Assembly: GCA_964621595.1 (NCBI GenBank) | Contig: CAZUPO010000001.1 | Coordinates: 14,758-78,757 of the forward strand | Direction: 5' to 3' | Length of the DNA stretch: 64,000 nt | Source of the DNA: an uncultured Candidatus Saccharibacteria bacterium | GTDB taxonomy: Bacteria > Patescibacteriota > Minisyncoccia > Phycocordibacterales > UBA5272 | In this document: positions 1 through 10,775 of the stretch, in pieces | How the letters are laid out: each line of letters opens with the position of its first letter | How positions within the stretch are numbered: position 1 is the first letter of the stretch | The notes under the pieces: generated by a model | Told to the model about the DNA's origin: nothing | Databases searched by the model: none | The model's input: only the letters and a program-made list of their open reading frames with translations | Made by a program: the position numbers and the translations under genes

Positions 1-2
1 CC

Positions 3-2492
3 ATTGCATCATCAAACGCTTCTATTCCTGTTGGGAATATTACCGTTGATACTATAAATTATCCAATAAAATTCTCTGGGGAATTTGAGAACGCGAAAGA
101 ACTTCCTGACATAGCAATAACTACTACACAAGGAGTTCCGGTATACCTACGTGATATAGCATTCATCGTGGACGGATTAGAGGTGCCAAGTACATATTCT
201 CGTGTCTCTATGAAAGGCACTCCTAGCGAACAAGCGCTGACATTGAACATCTATAAAAAATCTGGTGGTGATGTAACAAAAATCACTCGCGATGTAAAAG
301 AGAAGATTGAAGAACTCAAACAGGACAAACTTCTAGGTGCACAGGTTGTGATTTCTTTTGATAGAGGTCACCTTGTCGAAAAAGATTTGAAAGAACTAAC
401 ACGCGTAGGACTAGAAACAGTCACCTTGGTGATGATCATGCTCTTCCTCACAATTGGCTGGCGCGAAGCACTTGTGGCCGGCCTCTCGATTCCCCTTTCG
501 TTTGTCATTGCTTTTATTGGCCTCTATGCATCGGGAAATTCTATTAACTTCGTTTCTCTCTTCTCTCTTATCTTGGCAATTGGCATTCTTGTTGATTCTG
601 GTATTGTGGTTGCTGAAGCAATACACACCAGACGTAAACTACTTGGCTCTAGTTATGATGCTGCGGTTGCATCGATACGAGAATATGCCTGGCCACTTAT
701 TGCCGGAACAATGACCACGGTTGCGGTGTTCGTACCACTATTTTTTATATCTGGAACAACAGGTAAATTTATTGCCTCTATTCCGTTTACGATTATATTT
801 GTCCTCATTGCGTCTATCTTTGTAGCCCTCGGTATGGTGCCACTTCTTGCGATACTACTTACCAAGGACCATAAAAATCGTTTTGAGGATATGCAAGAAG
901 AGTGGTCGGAGAAAGCAAAAACGTGGTATAAGGCAAAACTCCTAACCATTCTCCACTCTAAGAAAATACAAAATATCTTTCTCGTGTCACTTGGTGTTGG
1001 ATTTGTGGTTGCCCTCTCACTTCCAGTAGCGGGTCTTGTGAAGGTACAATTCTTCCCTCAGGATAATCAAGATTTTATTTTTGTAAGTATTGAAAAGCAA
1101 GAAGGTACACCGCTTGCTCAAACAGATCTATCTGTTAGAGAGGTGGAGGAAATGCTCTACAGTAGTGAGCATGTTGATTCTTTTGTCACGACTATTGGAG
1201 AATCATCGGCATTTACAAATAATGGGTCAAGCAGGAATACAAAGTTAGCGAGTATCACTGTCTTACTCAAAAAAGACAGGGTGCTTACCTCTACCCAAAT
1301 TGTTGAGAAATTACGAACAGAATTCTTACCAATCACATCTGCCACCATCAAGGTTGACCAAGGAAATAATGGACCGCCAAGTGGGGCACCTGTGGTAATA
1401 AAATTCTTGGGAAATAACTTAGGGGAACTATCTATCGCCTCTGATAAAGCAGAATCTATTCTTAATGAGATTGCCGGTACGCAGGATGTTCAAACATCAC
1501 TCCGAGATGACGGAATACAATTTAATATTCATATTAATCGAACGAAAGCGTCACTGGTTGGCCTCTCTCCACTTAGTGTTGCACAAATTCTTCGAACATC
1601 TGTCTCTGGAACAACCGCGACGACCATTAAAGATGGGTCCGATGATGTAGATGTCGTTGTAAAACTAAACCTTAACAGTGCCTATATCAATCCAGAAGAC
1701 ACTATAAAGACCAACATAGATACGATCCGGCAACTTCCTGTAGTTACACCAACCGGAGGATCCATTCTTCTTGGATCAATATTGGATGTAGAACTTGGAC
1801 AGAGCAGAGCAATCATCAGCCACGAAGGAAAAGAACGTGTTGCGTCCGTTACAAGTAACGTAAAGCCTTCATTCACGGCCGTGGAGATTGTAAATGATTT
1901 CAAAAAACGAGAAAAGGAACTTAATCTTCCTCCAACCGTGAGTATAGACTATGGTGGTGAAAATGAAGAAGTAAACAGATCCTTTAGAGACATGTTCCTA
2001 GCCCTTATTGCTGGCATGGTTGGTATGCTGGCGATCCTTGTGCTCGAATTTAACTCAGTACGTTTTGCGATGTATTTACTATTTGCAGTTCCCCTTTCCC
2101 TCATTGGTGTCTTGGGAGGTCTTGCTATCACGGGAAAAACATTATCCTTCTCTTCCATGCTTGGATTTATTGCGCTTGCTGGAGTAATCATTAACCATGC
2201 CATCATATTGTTAGACTCGATACTCCACAGACTTCACAAAGAACAAGAACTTCGATCTCCTGCAACACTAGATATAATTATTACAGAATCATCCGCGGTT
2301 CGACTCCGACCAATCTTCCTTACAACAGTAACAACCGTTATCGGAATGATACCACTTGCTGGAGCCTCCGCACTCTGGGGACCACTTGCATTTGCAATTA
2401 TGTTTGGACTCACCTTTGCAATGATACTTACACTTGTTCTCGTTCCAGTACTGTTCTATCGTTACCCAGGAATCTACAAGGGTATGAAGTAA
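3..2492 (+). CDS. AcrB/AcrD/AcrF-family RND efflux permease (5'-truncated by window edge)
   Basis: Frame is open from the window start; multiple TM segments, motifs GILVDSGIVVAE and RLRPIFLTTVTT typical of RND permeases. Confidence 0.92.
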   Translation: MASSNASIPVGNITVDTINYPIKFSGEFENAKELPDIAITTTQGVPVYLRDIAFIVDGLEVPSTYSRVSMKGTPSEQALTLNIYKKSGGDVTKITRDVKEKIEELKQDKLLGAQVVISFDRGHLVEKDLKELTRVGLETVTLVMIMLFLTIGWREALVAGLSIPLSFVIAFIGLYASGNSINFVSLFSLILAIGILVDSGIVVAEAIHTRRKLLGSSYDAAVASIREYAWPLIAGTMTTVAVFVPLFFISGTTGKFIASIPFTIIFVLIASIFVALGMVPLLAILLTKDHKNRFEDMQEEWSEKAKTWYKAKLLTILHSKKIQNIFLVSLGVGFVVALSLPVAGLVKVQFFPQDNQDFIFVSIEKQEGTPLAQTDLSVREVEEMLYSSEHVDSFVTTIGESSAFTNNGSSRNTKLASITVLLKKDRVLTSTQIVEKLRTEFLPITSATIKVDQGNNGPPSGAPVVIKFLGNNLGELSIASDKAESILNEIAGTQDVQTSLRDDGIQFNIHINRTKASLVGLSPLSVAQILRTSVSGTTATTIKDGSDDVDVVVKLNLNSAYINPEDTIKTNIDTIRQLPVVTPTGGSILLGSILDVELGQSRAIISHEGKERVASVTSNVKPSFTAVEIVNDFKKREKELNLPPTVSIDYGGENEEVNRSFRDMFLALIAGMVGMLAILVLEFNSVRFAMYLLFAVPLSLIGVLGGLAITGKTLSFSSMLGFIALAGVIINHAIILLDSILHRLHKEQELRSPATLDIIITESSAVRLRPIFLTTVTTVIGMIPLAGASALWGPLAFAIMFGLTFAMILTLVLVPVLFYRYPGIYKGMK

Positions 2493-2552
2493 AACCCCCT
2501 ACCCATTCTGCTTTTTCCATTTGTAGAGTGTTGTATATTTAATTTAAGCAAA

Positions 2553-2581
2553 TTGACCTACTGTTTTTAAACTGATAGTGT
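2553..2581 (+). promoter_or_regulatory. sigma70-type promoter of GC-rich islet
   Basis: TTGACC-17 bp-TAGTGT with TG extension. Confidence 0.6.
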
Positions 2582-2629
2582 GTTACGAGCAGGTTCCCAA
2601 ATTGCAGCACACTAAGGAAAGGGCGGCAC

Positions 2630-3145
2630 ATGATAAGAAACATCGTAACCGGGGATATCACCGATCCGATGATCAATCCCGGCGACATCATCATCGGCAT
2701 GAACTCGAAACTCACACAGGCTTCCGCGATCGGGAGGCCGTTCGTACGCAACGTGGAGGTGATCAAGCAGATCGATCTCGGATCGGTGCTCACTTTCAAC
2801 TTCGAGCCGGGGCGCTTGCTCCACATGCTCATCTGCCACAAGATCGGCAAGGGTGGTTGGGCGTCGGCAGACAAGTTCGTGCGCTTCTGCCTGGACTACC
2901 TGTGGAAGGAACACGGGCGTCGGCAATACGGAGTCGTCCAGATCGGAACTGGTTCCATCGGCAAGCGTGACGGCGCCGACTCGGCCGCCATCAGGACGGC
3001 GATGACCACCAGCTTCCTCGAGATGGATCTCTTCATCAGACCCGAGGAAGAGGAGGCGGCGACACGGGTTACACAAACCCCGCTCGTCCCCTTCCGCACC
3101 TGGAGCATGGACAAGGGTGAACGCGAGATCCGCGTCCATCACTGA
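2630..3145 (+). CDS. GC-rich islet protein, possible divergent macro domain
   Basis: AAGGAAAGG upstream, C/G-ending codons; IVTGDIT..DIIIGMN and VQIGTGSIG resemble macro-domain motifs. Confidence 0.6.
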   Translation: MIRNIVTGDITDPMINPGDIIIGMNSKLTQASAIGRPFVRNVEVIKQIDLGSVLTFNFEPGRLLHMLICHKIGKGGWASADKFVRFCLDYLWKEHGRRQYGVVQIGTGSIGKRDGADSAAIRTAMTTSFLEMDLFIRPEEEEAATRVTQTPLVPFRTWSMDKGEREIRVHH

Positions 3146-3162
3146 AACGAAGGCATGTCCAG

Positions 3163-3194
3163 AAGGCCCCCGTCCGAAAGGAAGGGGGCCTTTT
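3163..3194 (+). terminator. intrinsic terminator
   Basis: AAGGCCCCC...GGGGGCCTTTT. Confidence 0.8.
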
Positions 3195-3200
3195 GAAATA

Positions 3201-3947
3201 CTACCCATTCTGCTTTCTCCATTCGTAGAGTGTTACAGCAATTGCATTAGACGCGTTCAGCGACTCACATAAGCCGTTAATAGGTATCGAGAGTTTGAAA
3301 TCACAATGTTCAAGAGTTTTGTGTGCTATCCCCTGACCTTCACTGCCAACGACTATAACAGTATTTTCATCAAAAACAGTCTCTGTTAGACGTGAATCAC
3401 CTCCCCCCGTTAAGCCGTATACCCAGAAACCTTTTTCTTTAAGAGATAAAAGGGTGTTGTTAACATTACTCACTGAAATTATTGGTATAGAAAAAATGGC
3501 ACCAGAGGATGCTTTGGCAACGACACTCGTTATTTGTGCCTGATTATGTTCTGGCATAATAACTGCATCAACACCAAAGGCCAGACAACTTCTCATGATT
3601 GCACCGACGTTGTGCGGATCTTCAAGATGATCTAGAACAACAATGATCTTTTTACCTTCCTTTTCTTCTGCTAAAACCTCGGGAAGAGTCTGATACAAAC
3701 TACCCCCATCGATCAATACCGCCACCCCCTGATGAACAGCACCCCTCCCAACATGATGTTCCAATTCTTCTTCTGTAACAATGCTGTACGTGAGACGATT
3801 AGACTGAATTGTACTCATGATGAAAGAGTCTTTTTCCCCAGCTCGTGTGAGATACACTTTTTGAATAGGAACACGGGCACCTCGTACACGCGCTTTAAAT
3901 AATTCTTCGACCGTATTTTTACCGTAGATATATAATCCCTGTGACAT
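3201..3947 (-). CDS. rlmB: 23S rRNA (Gm2251) methyltransferase RlmB, TrmH/SpoU family
   Basis: HQGV, LDHLEDPHNVGAIMRS, GSEGQG, ESLNAS SPOUT motifs. Confidence 0.92.
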   Translation of the reverse strand: MSQGLYIYGKNTVEELFKARVRGARVPIQKVYLTRAGEKDSFIMSTIQSNRLTYSIVTEEELEHHVGRGAVHQGVAVLIDGGSLYQTLPEVLAEEKEGKKIIVVLDHLEDPHNVGAIMRSCLAFGVDAVIMPEHNQAQITSVVAKASSGAIFSIPIISVSNVNNTLLSLKEKGFWVYGLTGGGDSRLTETVFDENTVIVVGSEGQGIAHKTLEHCDFKLSIPINGLCESLNASNAIAVTLYEWRKQNG

Positions 3948-4004
3948 ACTAGACAGTATAGCACAAATATTGTGATATAAAAATGCGGGACCTTTACTAC
4001 TATC

Positions 4005-4541
4005 CTATTTTTGTTTTAGATCTGTAAAGGTAACATCTTTTGGCAGATCAAAAGTTTCTTCTGTATATAACCAATCTTCGCATGAGTAATCACCCACCGT
4101 TTCCGCATTCCAAGAATACATGCGGGGCGTATCGGTTGCTGTTTCAGTATTTGAGACAGTTTTTGTCTTGTAACCCACACCCTTCATAAGCGGTGTCCAT
4201 GTATAGGTGTATCCATCACGAACAATGATATCTGTATCGATTGTTTTGTTGACAATAGAGGTTGTAAAATGGCCCTTCACCCTGTCCTTGTGTATAAACA
4301 CGTCTCCGGTTACAACATTTGCTCCAAGATTTTGAGATACATGGCAATGATACGTTCCCCCTTGTGCAAGAAGTTCTGTGAATGGAATTTTTTTAGTACT
4401 TGTAGATACGATGTCTTGTTCTTGGGTGGTTACTGTCGTTGATGGAATAACTTGGTCTTCTTTGTGACTCATGTAGTACACACCTATGAAAATGCTCCCA
4501 AGCACGATTACTGAGAAAACAAGTTTACCAAGTAACGTCAT
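4005..4541 (-). CDS. N-terminally anchored exported protein, unknown function
   Basis: N-terminal TM helix then beta-rich domain with two Cys. Confidence 0.7.
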   Translation of the reverse strand: MTLLGKLVFSVIVLGSIFIGVYYMSHKEDQVIPSTTVTTQEQDIVSTSTKKIPFTELLAQGGTYHCHVSQNLGANVVTGDVFIHKDRVKGHFTTSIVNKTIDTDIIVRDGYTYTWTPLMKGVGYKTKTVSNTETATDTPRMYSWNAETVGDYSCEDWLYTEETFDLPKDVTFTDLKQK

Positions 4542-4563
4542 AATAAGACTAGTATACCACGCG

Positions 4564-7500
4564 CTATTTAACGGTGACAGAATCGCGTACTACATAAGTA
4601 CCACGACAAGTGAGTGTATATGTTTTTCCGGTGACACTACTATAGAGACCGACATCTTCTGATCCAGTAGTATTCTTACCATTAGACCACGCGCCACTTG
4701 CCATACAAGACTTTAGATTCTCACCAGTCCAGGACAGAATAACTCTTCGTTTTCCATCTACCATTTTTGTGGAGTAGTTTAATGTAACAGCAGGATTCTT
4801 GTTTGTGTCTTTTGTTAACACAGTCTCAACAGCAGAAGAAATTGATTTTACCGGTGAGGCAATTGCGCCAAGTGCTTTATCTTTTAGAGCAGTGGCGGCA
4901 CGAACACCGTAATTCTTTGTGTCAAAACGAATTTCGCGAGATATCTCCCCGCCTGGTCCTCCACAGGTTAGTTTGAATCCTTGGGTTCCACCAACCTTAT
5001 CGACAGCATATGAACCTGATGTTTCCTGTGCACCGGACCATGAACCTGACGCCTTACACCAAAGTGCGTTCGTCGTTTCCCAGAGGAGTGACACTGGCTT
5101 TCCATATTGAATGATGTGAGGAGTTGCTACAAAGGAAAGTGTTGGCGGTGGAGAGTCTGAGAAATTAACCTCAACAAAACTTGAGATAGATCCCCCGTCG
5201 CCGGTACACGAGAGTACATAGTTTTTACTTCCTGTTATTGGTTGCGTAGTAAAGGTACCCGCAACATTCTTTACACCGTCCCAATCACCAGAAGCATCAC
5301 AAGATGAAACGTTTTCCGCTTTCCAAACAAGAGTAATTGGTTTATTTGGCGTAATCTTACTCTCCTGCATAGAGAATCGTAATTTTGGCTGTGGGGGCGG
5401 GTTCGTAGAAACAACCTCACGTCTAGGAGATCTAATTGTTTGAATAACAATGACTGGTTGCTCAGCGTTTATTGTTATAGGTAATGGTACAGATGGATCA
5501 CGATCGGGTATCACATTTTGTTGAGTAATTGTTTGTCGTACAGTCTCCAATATCTGAGGCACCGCAACTGTCTGTTCTTGTGCTACCGTTGCAACCGAAG
5601 TTGTATTCGAAACCGCTTCTCCTGAGGTAGTAACTGCGGCTGTAGAGAAAGTTTCTGCTGGTACAACCTGTGGAGCAACTGAAATACCGACCGATTGAGT
5701 TATTTCGCCTCCATCACCTGTACACGTAAGAAGATATGATTTGTCACTGGTGAGTGAATTTACTTGCTGTTCTCCTGCAAGACCTCTATTTACCGTCACC
5801 CAATCACCCCCAGAACTATAACACTCTGTTGCATTTCTTGCCCTCCATGAAAGAGTTGCTGTGCCACCATAAGAAACCGCATTCTCAGATGAACTAAAAG
5901 TAAGCGTCGGTGGTACTTTTCTAATTATTTCTACAGCCGTTACAGCTGGTGCCTGGTTTACAGTAATAATAGCTGACTGACTAGCCTTTCCACCGGGGCC
6001 CGTGCATTCAATTGTATATGTTGTATTTGCGCGCGGAGACACTGTTTGTGTATCAGATGTCGATGTTTTATCTGTCCATGGAGCACTACACGCCGTTGTG
6101 TTAGTGGAAGACCACGTGAGTATACTAGATTGCCCTTCAGTAATAGTTGTCTGTGATGAATCCAAACTCACTTGTGGTAATGGTTTAGTTTCTGCAACTA
6201 CCTGTGGAGCAGAAACAGTTACGGTAATTGCCTGCTCACCCCTTCCCCCTTCTCCAGTACACGAAATTCTATACGTGGTAGTTGTAGATGGCGAAACTGT
6301 CTCTGATCCAGATATAGCCGAATTATTTCCCCATGATGACGTACACGTCGTCGCGTTAGTAGAACTCCAAGATAACCTTGTGCTTTGCCCTTGGGTAAGG
6401 GTCGAGGGAGACGCATCGAGTGTGACCGTTGCTGGTTGAGCAACTTGGACTACCGGGGCTGGACCTACAGCGATATTTACAGAATCTCGTGCTTCTCCAC
6501 CAACTCCTGAACAAGTAATTGTAAATACAGAACTTTCAGTAAGTGGAGGTGTTGTAAAAGAGGAAACAGTGGCAACTGGACCCGTTCTCCATGAACCTGT
6601 ACATGAATCCGCGGCTGTGGAAGACCAGTTAAGCACCGTTGCTGTGTTGTATGTTAGATTATTTGATCTTGAAGTCAATGAAACTGTTGGTACAGGTGGA
6701 GGCGGTGCCACAGTGATGGTGATAGATTTTTTTGTTTCTTGTCCGGCAGCATTATAACAACTAATAGTGAATCTTTTATCTTGGACCAATCTAGGAAGAT
6801 CTTCTTGGCCCGATAGTGACTTATTACCAGACCAATCGTCACTTGCTACACATCGTGTAGCGTTCCCGGAGGACCAATACAGGGTTGCTGGTGAATTATA
6901 TGGGAGACTATTTCCCGAAGAAGAAAAATCTATTGTTGCTACTGGCGTTGTACATGTGCTTGCAGTATTCACCCAACTCCCCCAGACAGGCTGACCATAT
7001 GAATCGGGACATGTACTCGTGCGCGTCTGGGTTACAGTACCATTCTGACCCGTTGGACATGAGATGGTCTGCTGTTCTGAAGATGTTCTACATGTGGGAG
7101 TTGGGGTAACGCATGTGTTTGTAGTATTCACCCAACCGCCCCAGACAGGCTGACCGTATGGATCAGGGCATGTACTCGTACGTGTCTGTGTTATAGAGCC
7201 TGTTTGCCCAGTTGGACAAGACACAGTCTGGTTTTCTGACGATGTCCTGCACGTGGGAGTTGCTGGTGCGTCGTTCATGGTCACAAACGCAGACTCTTCT
7301 GGTAACCATGTCCCCACAGGATTTACGTTATAACAACTAAGCACAAAGAATGGTTTTGTAAACGTACTTTTTGCAGGAAGATTTCTAATGACTTCTGTTC
7401 CACTTACTGGTTTGTACCCGGAAGACCATAATCCAACTGGGACACTTCTTCCGTAACAACTATTCCCCTGAAAGACACCAACATTTTTTGCATCCCAAGA

Positions 7501-8400
7501 AAGAGTAACGCTACCACCAGCGTCTGCTGTAGTCGGGGTAACAGAGATACTAATAGTTGGTGTACCTGCTGTTGCTGTAAGACTAGTATCAGCCGCCGCC
7601 GTAGTGGTAACAGGAACTTGTGAAGGAAAATAATTTTCAACATCTGCATAACTTGGCTGTAAATCTCCGTTATAACAAGTAACCCTAAGAGTAAACGATG
7701 CTATTCCGTAATATGCAGGTACGGTTGATAGAACTTTGGACCCAGTACCACACTGACTACTGGTACATAAATAGCCAAGACCTGCTGGCACACCAGGTCT
7801 TCCTAAAGTACAGTAGAGTGCATTTGTTGTGTTCCAGTTTATTGTTGTTTTTACCCCATCTTGATTGGGTAAACTTGGAAACAAGTTGGGGACACTAGTA
7901 TATGTCTTGGAAAGCGTCACCGTTGCTGCTGGACCTGATGCGGGCGGACTAGAGACTGTTTGAGTACCGAAGTAATTTGTTGCTGTGGTAATTGTTCTCA
8001 CTTTGACATTCTGTTGTTGCCCTGTCATTGCCCAAAAGATCACCTTGTACGAAGAAGCACTACCTATTTGAAACGTTGTTGAATACGTATTTCCACTACG
8101 CCACACCGTCCTCTGAACACCAGAATCAAGTAACGCTTGGGGATTATTAAAATTTGGATTATCGGAATCAAAGATACTGAAATACCCAACATCTGGCGGA
8201 AGTTGCGCAGAAGTGTCCACACTCACCGTTATCGTTGAACCAGGAGCAGCAGATGTTGGTGTAGGAGACACGAAGTTAAATGGCACTGTTCCGGTCTGGA
8301 GTGGAGAGAGGGTAACACCTTGTGCATTAACAAGAAAACAAGAGGAGAATATTCCTAGAAATATCCCTACAAAAAGACTTCTGCGTATGTGCTGTGACAT
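4564..8400 (-). CDS. large secreted/surface protein with repeated Ig/PKD-like Cys-pair modules
   Basis: Signal peptide; repeated xTLxWSSxNAxxC...YxLxCxGxGG units; Thr/Ser/Pro rich. Confidence 0.85.
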   Translation of the reverse strand: MSQHIRRSLFVGIFLGIFSSCFLVNAQGVTLSPLQTGTVPFNFVSPTPTSAAPGSTITVSVDTSAQLPPDVGYFSIFDSDNPNFNNPQALLDSGVQRTVWRSGNTYSTTFQIGSASSYKVIFWAMTGQQQNVKVRTITTATNYFGTQTVSSPPASGPAATVTLSKTYTSVPNLFPSLPNQDGVKTTINWNTTNALYCTLGRPGVPAGLGYLCTSSQCGTGSKVLSTVPAYYGIASFTLRVTCYNGDLQPSYADVENYFPSQVPVTTTAAADTSLTATAGTPTISISVTPTTADAGGSVTLSWDAKNVGVFQGNSCYGRSVPVGLWSSGYKPVSGTEVIRNLPAKSTFTKPFFVLSCYNVNPVGTWLPEESAFVTMNDAPATPTCRTSSENQTVSCPTGQTGSITQTRTSTCPDPYGQPVWGGWVNTTNTCVTPTPTCRTSSEQQTISCPTGQNGTVTQTRTSTCPDSYGQPVWGSWVNTASTCTTPVATIDFSSSGNSLPYNSPATLYWSSGNATRCVASDDWSGNKSLSGQEDLPRLVQDKRFTISCYNAAGQETKKSITITVAPPPPVPTVSLTSRSNNLTYNTATVLNWSSTAADSCTGSWRTGPVATVSSFTTPPLTESSVFTITCSGVGGEARDSVNIAVGPAPVVQVAQPATVTLDASPSTLTQGQSTRLSWSSTNATTCTSSWGNNSAISGSETVSPSTTTTYRISCTGEGGRGEQAITVTVSAPQVVAETKPLPQVSLDSSQTTITEGQSSILTWSSTNTTACSAPWTDKTSTSDTQTVSPRANTTYTIECTGPGGKASQSAIITVNQAPAVTAVEIIRKVPPTLTFSSSENAVSYGGTATLSWRARNATECYSSGGDWVTVNRGLAGEQQVNSLTSDKSYLLTCTGDGGEITQSVGISVAPQVVPAETFSTAAVTTSGEAVSNTTSVATVAQEQTVAVPQILETVRQTITQQNVIPDRDPSVPLPITINAEQPVIVIQTIRSPRREVVSTNPPPQPKLRFSMQESKITPNKPITLVWKAENVSSCDASGDWDGVKNVAGTFTTQPITGSKNYVLSCTGDGGSISSFVEVNFSDSPPPTLSFVATPHIIQYGKPVSLLWETTNALWCKASGSWSGAQETSGSYAVDKVGGTQGFKLTCGGPGGEISREIRFDTKNYGVRAATALKDKALGAIASPVKSISSAVETVLTKDTNKNPAVTLNYSTKMVDGKRRVILSWTGENLKSCMASGAWSNGKNTTGSEDVGLYSSVTGKTYTLTCRGTYVVRDSVTVK
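6951..7258 (-). repeat. tandem 53-aa (159-bp) Cys-rich repeat inside the surface protein
   Basis: Two copies of PTCRTSSE.QT.SCPTGQ.G..TQTRTSTCPD.YGQPVWG.WVNT..TC. Confidence 0.85.
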
Positions 8401-8453
8401 AAATATACCTTACTGCGAAGTATATCGGGTCTTTAGTATACGGTAAACCCTCC

Positions 8454-9593
8454 TTATGCACGCACGTCATCGTACGGCACAAATGTGCAACTCACTTTCT
8501 TCCCCTTGTATTCCCGTACAATAACTTCTAGTTCTGCAGCAACATCTTTTTCAGTAGTTAGTTTTTCATTTTTTAAAAAACCATACTGCACACTACCAGA
8601 CTCTGTTTTTATAGTTATCACCCCACGTTGTTTCATAGTAACAATAGACTTTAGAAGACCTTTTTCAGTATCGGAGGTTTGCAATGAATCAATAATTGAA
8701 AAACAAGAATCGACGGAACGTTCGTAACGATACAGAGCATTCATCCAATCAAGGACTCTGTCGACGGGTAACCCACCCTGCAGAACCTTCTTCAATCGGC
8801 CTTGAAAATCTCTTTGGTATTTATCACTAAAGAGATTATGCACATTGTTTCCTGATAAAGCAGCATCAAATGCTTGTGCCACTTGACTATATACCATCTT
8901 GTGATCGTGAACAAATGAATCTAATTCGTCAACTTGTTGACTGTATTGCACCTCTTCATTCTCATCAGGAACATTTGCTTCGCTCTCTTGCTCAGTACTA
9001 GGGGTAGCAATTTTTCTTATTACAATAGACTTAAGGGCAGAGTCTTCTTTTAAACATACATGAATAACATCTCGCAATTCTTTCACGAATTCCTTTTTCA
9101 TTTTAAGTCTGTTGGTGGTCAGGAGAACAACGGGTAATGAAAAAATTCTTGTTGTTCCGTCAGCAAAAGTTGCTTTAATATTTGAAGAAATTGGGGTTTT
9201 AACAAGGTTAATAAGCGCTTCCTTCTCTTCATTTCTTACATTGAGAAAAGCAATCTCTCCTACTAACCCCTGATAACTCGAAACTTCTACCCGTTCAATT
9301 TTTTTGAGAAGTTCCTCCAACGTCTCTCGTTGTACACCGTGTTCAATCGCCGCTTTAATTTCTTGTATACAATTCTGTAAACGTTTATCTAAAGAAGTTA
9401 TCTTTGCATCAGTGTCTTCGGCGATATGCAGTGCGAGAGAAAATTCTTCCGACGATACGTCATGCTGCCATACGAACGTTTCGAGTGCTCGCATTTTTTC
9501 TTTTTCGTTATTGTGAGTTAGTTTCTCTGGTGGTCCTTCTCTGTCCATATAGTTCTTAGAAAAGATTGTACTAGTAAACGAAAATTTCTCCAA
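8454..9593 (-). CDS. hypothetical protein (start uncertain)
   Basis: 379-aa ORF with host-like composition; no recognised motif. Confidence 0.7.
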   Translation of the reverse strand: MEKFSFTSTIFSKNYMDREGPPEKLTHNNEKEKMRALETFVWQHDVSSEEFSLALHIAEDTDAKITSLDKRLQNCIQEIKAAIEHGVQRETLEELLKKIERVEVSSYQGLVGEIAFLNVRNEEKEALINLVKTPISSNIKATFADGTTRIFSLPVVLLTTNRLKMKKEFVKELRDVIHVCLKEDSALKSIVIRKIATPSTEQESEANVPDENEEVQYSQQVDELDSFVHDHKMVYSQVAQAFDAALSGNNVHNLFSDKYQRDFQGRLKKVLQGGLPVDRVLDWMNALYRYERSVDSCFSIIDSLQTSDTEKGLLKSIVTMKQRGVITIKTESGSVQYGFLKNEKLTTEKDVAAELEVIVREYKGKKVSCTFVPYDDVRA

Positions 9594-9783
9594 AGGAGTG
9601 TTGTGATTCCCTTGCGACTACTTTTAGATCTCTACGTACGACTTTTTGCTGATTAACAATAGTAGAGATACCGTGTTTTTCCAAAAATATCTCTCGATAT
9701 ATGAGCGCTCCGAGAATCAACCCGGCCACAAAAAGCGCCCATTGTACCTTCGTTCTTTTTCTTGGTGGAAGATGAGAGATCAT
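9571..9783 (-). CDS. small single-pass membrane protein
   Basis: 70 aa, basic N-terminus plus TM helix, directly after the nuclease gene. Confidence 0.5.
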   Translation of the reverse strand: MISHLPPRKRTKVQWALFVAGLILGALIYREIFLEKHGISTIVNQQKVVRRDLKVVARESQHSFGEIFVY

Positions 9784-9800
9784 GGTGAACTGGCACGTAC

Positions 9801-10688
9801 TTAAGAATTTCTTTTTTCAGTATACAGGTCCTGTCCATACCCACCCACACCGATGTATTCAACTTTATCCTCTTGCTTGTGGAGGATATACTCATATATT
9901 CGACAATGCATGCATCCGCCGCTCCCAGTTCCGGGATCATACGCGCCACGAGGACAAACGAGAGTCTCCTCACCGCTACGTGCACGATCGCGCGCATCTT
10001 TAACTTTTAGTGCCACCTCGAGCACGTCGCGCCTTGCTGTATCGATCTCTGGTAACTCTTTTTCAACCACAGTATTGCTCTCTAAGTACCAGTATGATGC
10101 TTTTGTGACTTTTCGTGATTGCAATGCATTACAAAGTAATAAATAAATTGGTAATTGAAGAGAAGAATCTTTTTCTTCATATTTACCAGTTTTGAAGTCA
10201 ATAATATGCAGCGAGTCAGTAAGTGGCACGTACTCTATCCAATCAATTAAACCATTTAAAATAATATTATCTTCTTCACTAAGATAGAAGTTAGGCGGCA
10301 TGGTATCACGCTTTAATCGTAAACACTTATTTGTAAGAAATTTGGGGTCCTTGATGACGTTATTGATCATTTCTTTTCCGCGCATTTTAAACACTTCTTC
10401 TTCTTTGTCGTCCTTAAATCCACCCTGTTTACCAGTTACTTTTTCCCAAGCTTCTTCAAACTTGGCACGAAGATCTTTGTTCATTCTTTCATTATTCGGA
10501 TACGCACTTAATCCTTCTAAGACTTCGTGTACAGCAATACCAAGAGACATATGTGGGGTGACGAGAGAAATTTTTCTTCCTGTTGCTGGTGACTTGTACA
10601 TATTGTGCAAATAGTAAAGACGAGGGCACTTCAAAAAATCTCCCATGGAAGAATGCGACACCCATACTGCAGAATATTTATCAGCCAT
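9801..10688 (-). CDS. PD-(D/E)XK nuclease family protein (AddB/Cas4-like, likely Fe-S)
   Basis: SHSS..FLKCP, G.AVH.VLE, GLID, IIDFKTG, QL..Y, C-terminal CP..CMHC. Confidence 0.88.
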   Translation of the reverse strand: MADKYSAVWVSHSSMGDFLKCPRLYYLHNMYKSPATGRKISLVTPHMSLGIAVHEVLEGLSAYPNNERMNKDLRAKFEEAWEKVTGKQGGFKDDKEEEVFKMRGKEMINNVIKDPKFLTNKCLRLKRDTMPPNFYLSEEDNIILNGLIDWIEYVPLTDSLHIIDFKTGKYEEKDSSLQLPIYLLLCNALQSRKVTKASYWYLESNTVVEKELPEIDTARRDVLEVALKVKDARDRARSGEETLVCPRGAYDPGTGSGGCMHCRIYEYILHKQEDKVEYIGVGGYGQDLYTEKRNS

Positions 10689-10775
10689 AGTTTATGTAGT
10701 AATCCTAAGTATACATGACCCACACGCTAACTATGTTATAATATCCAACCAGATCCTAACCCGGAAGGAAACGTC

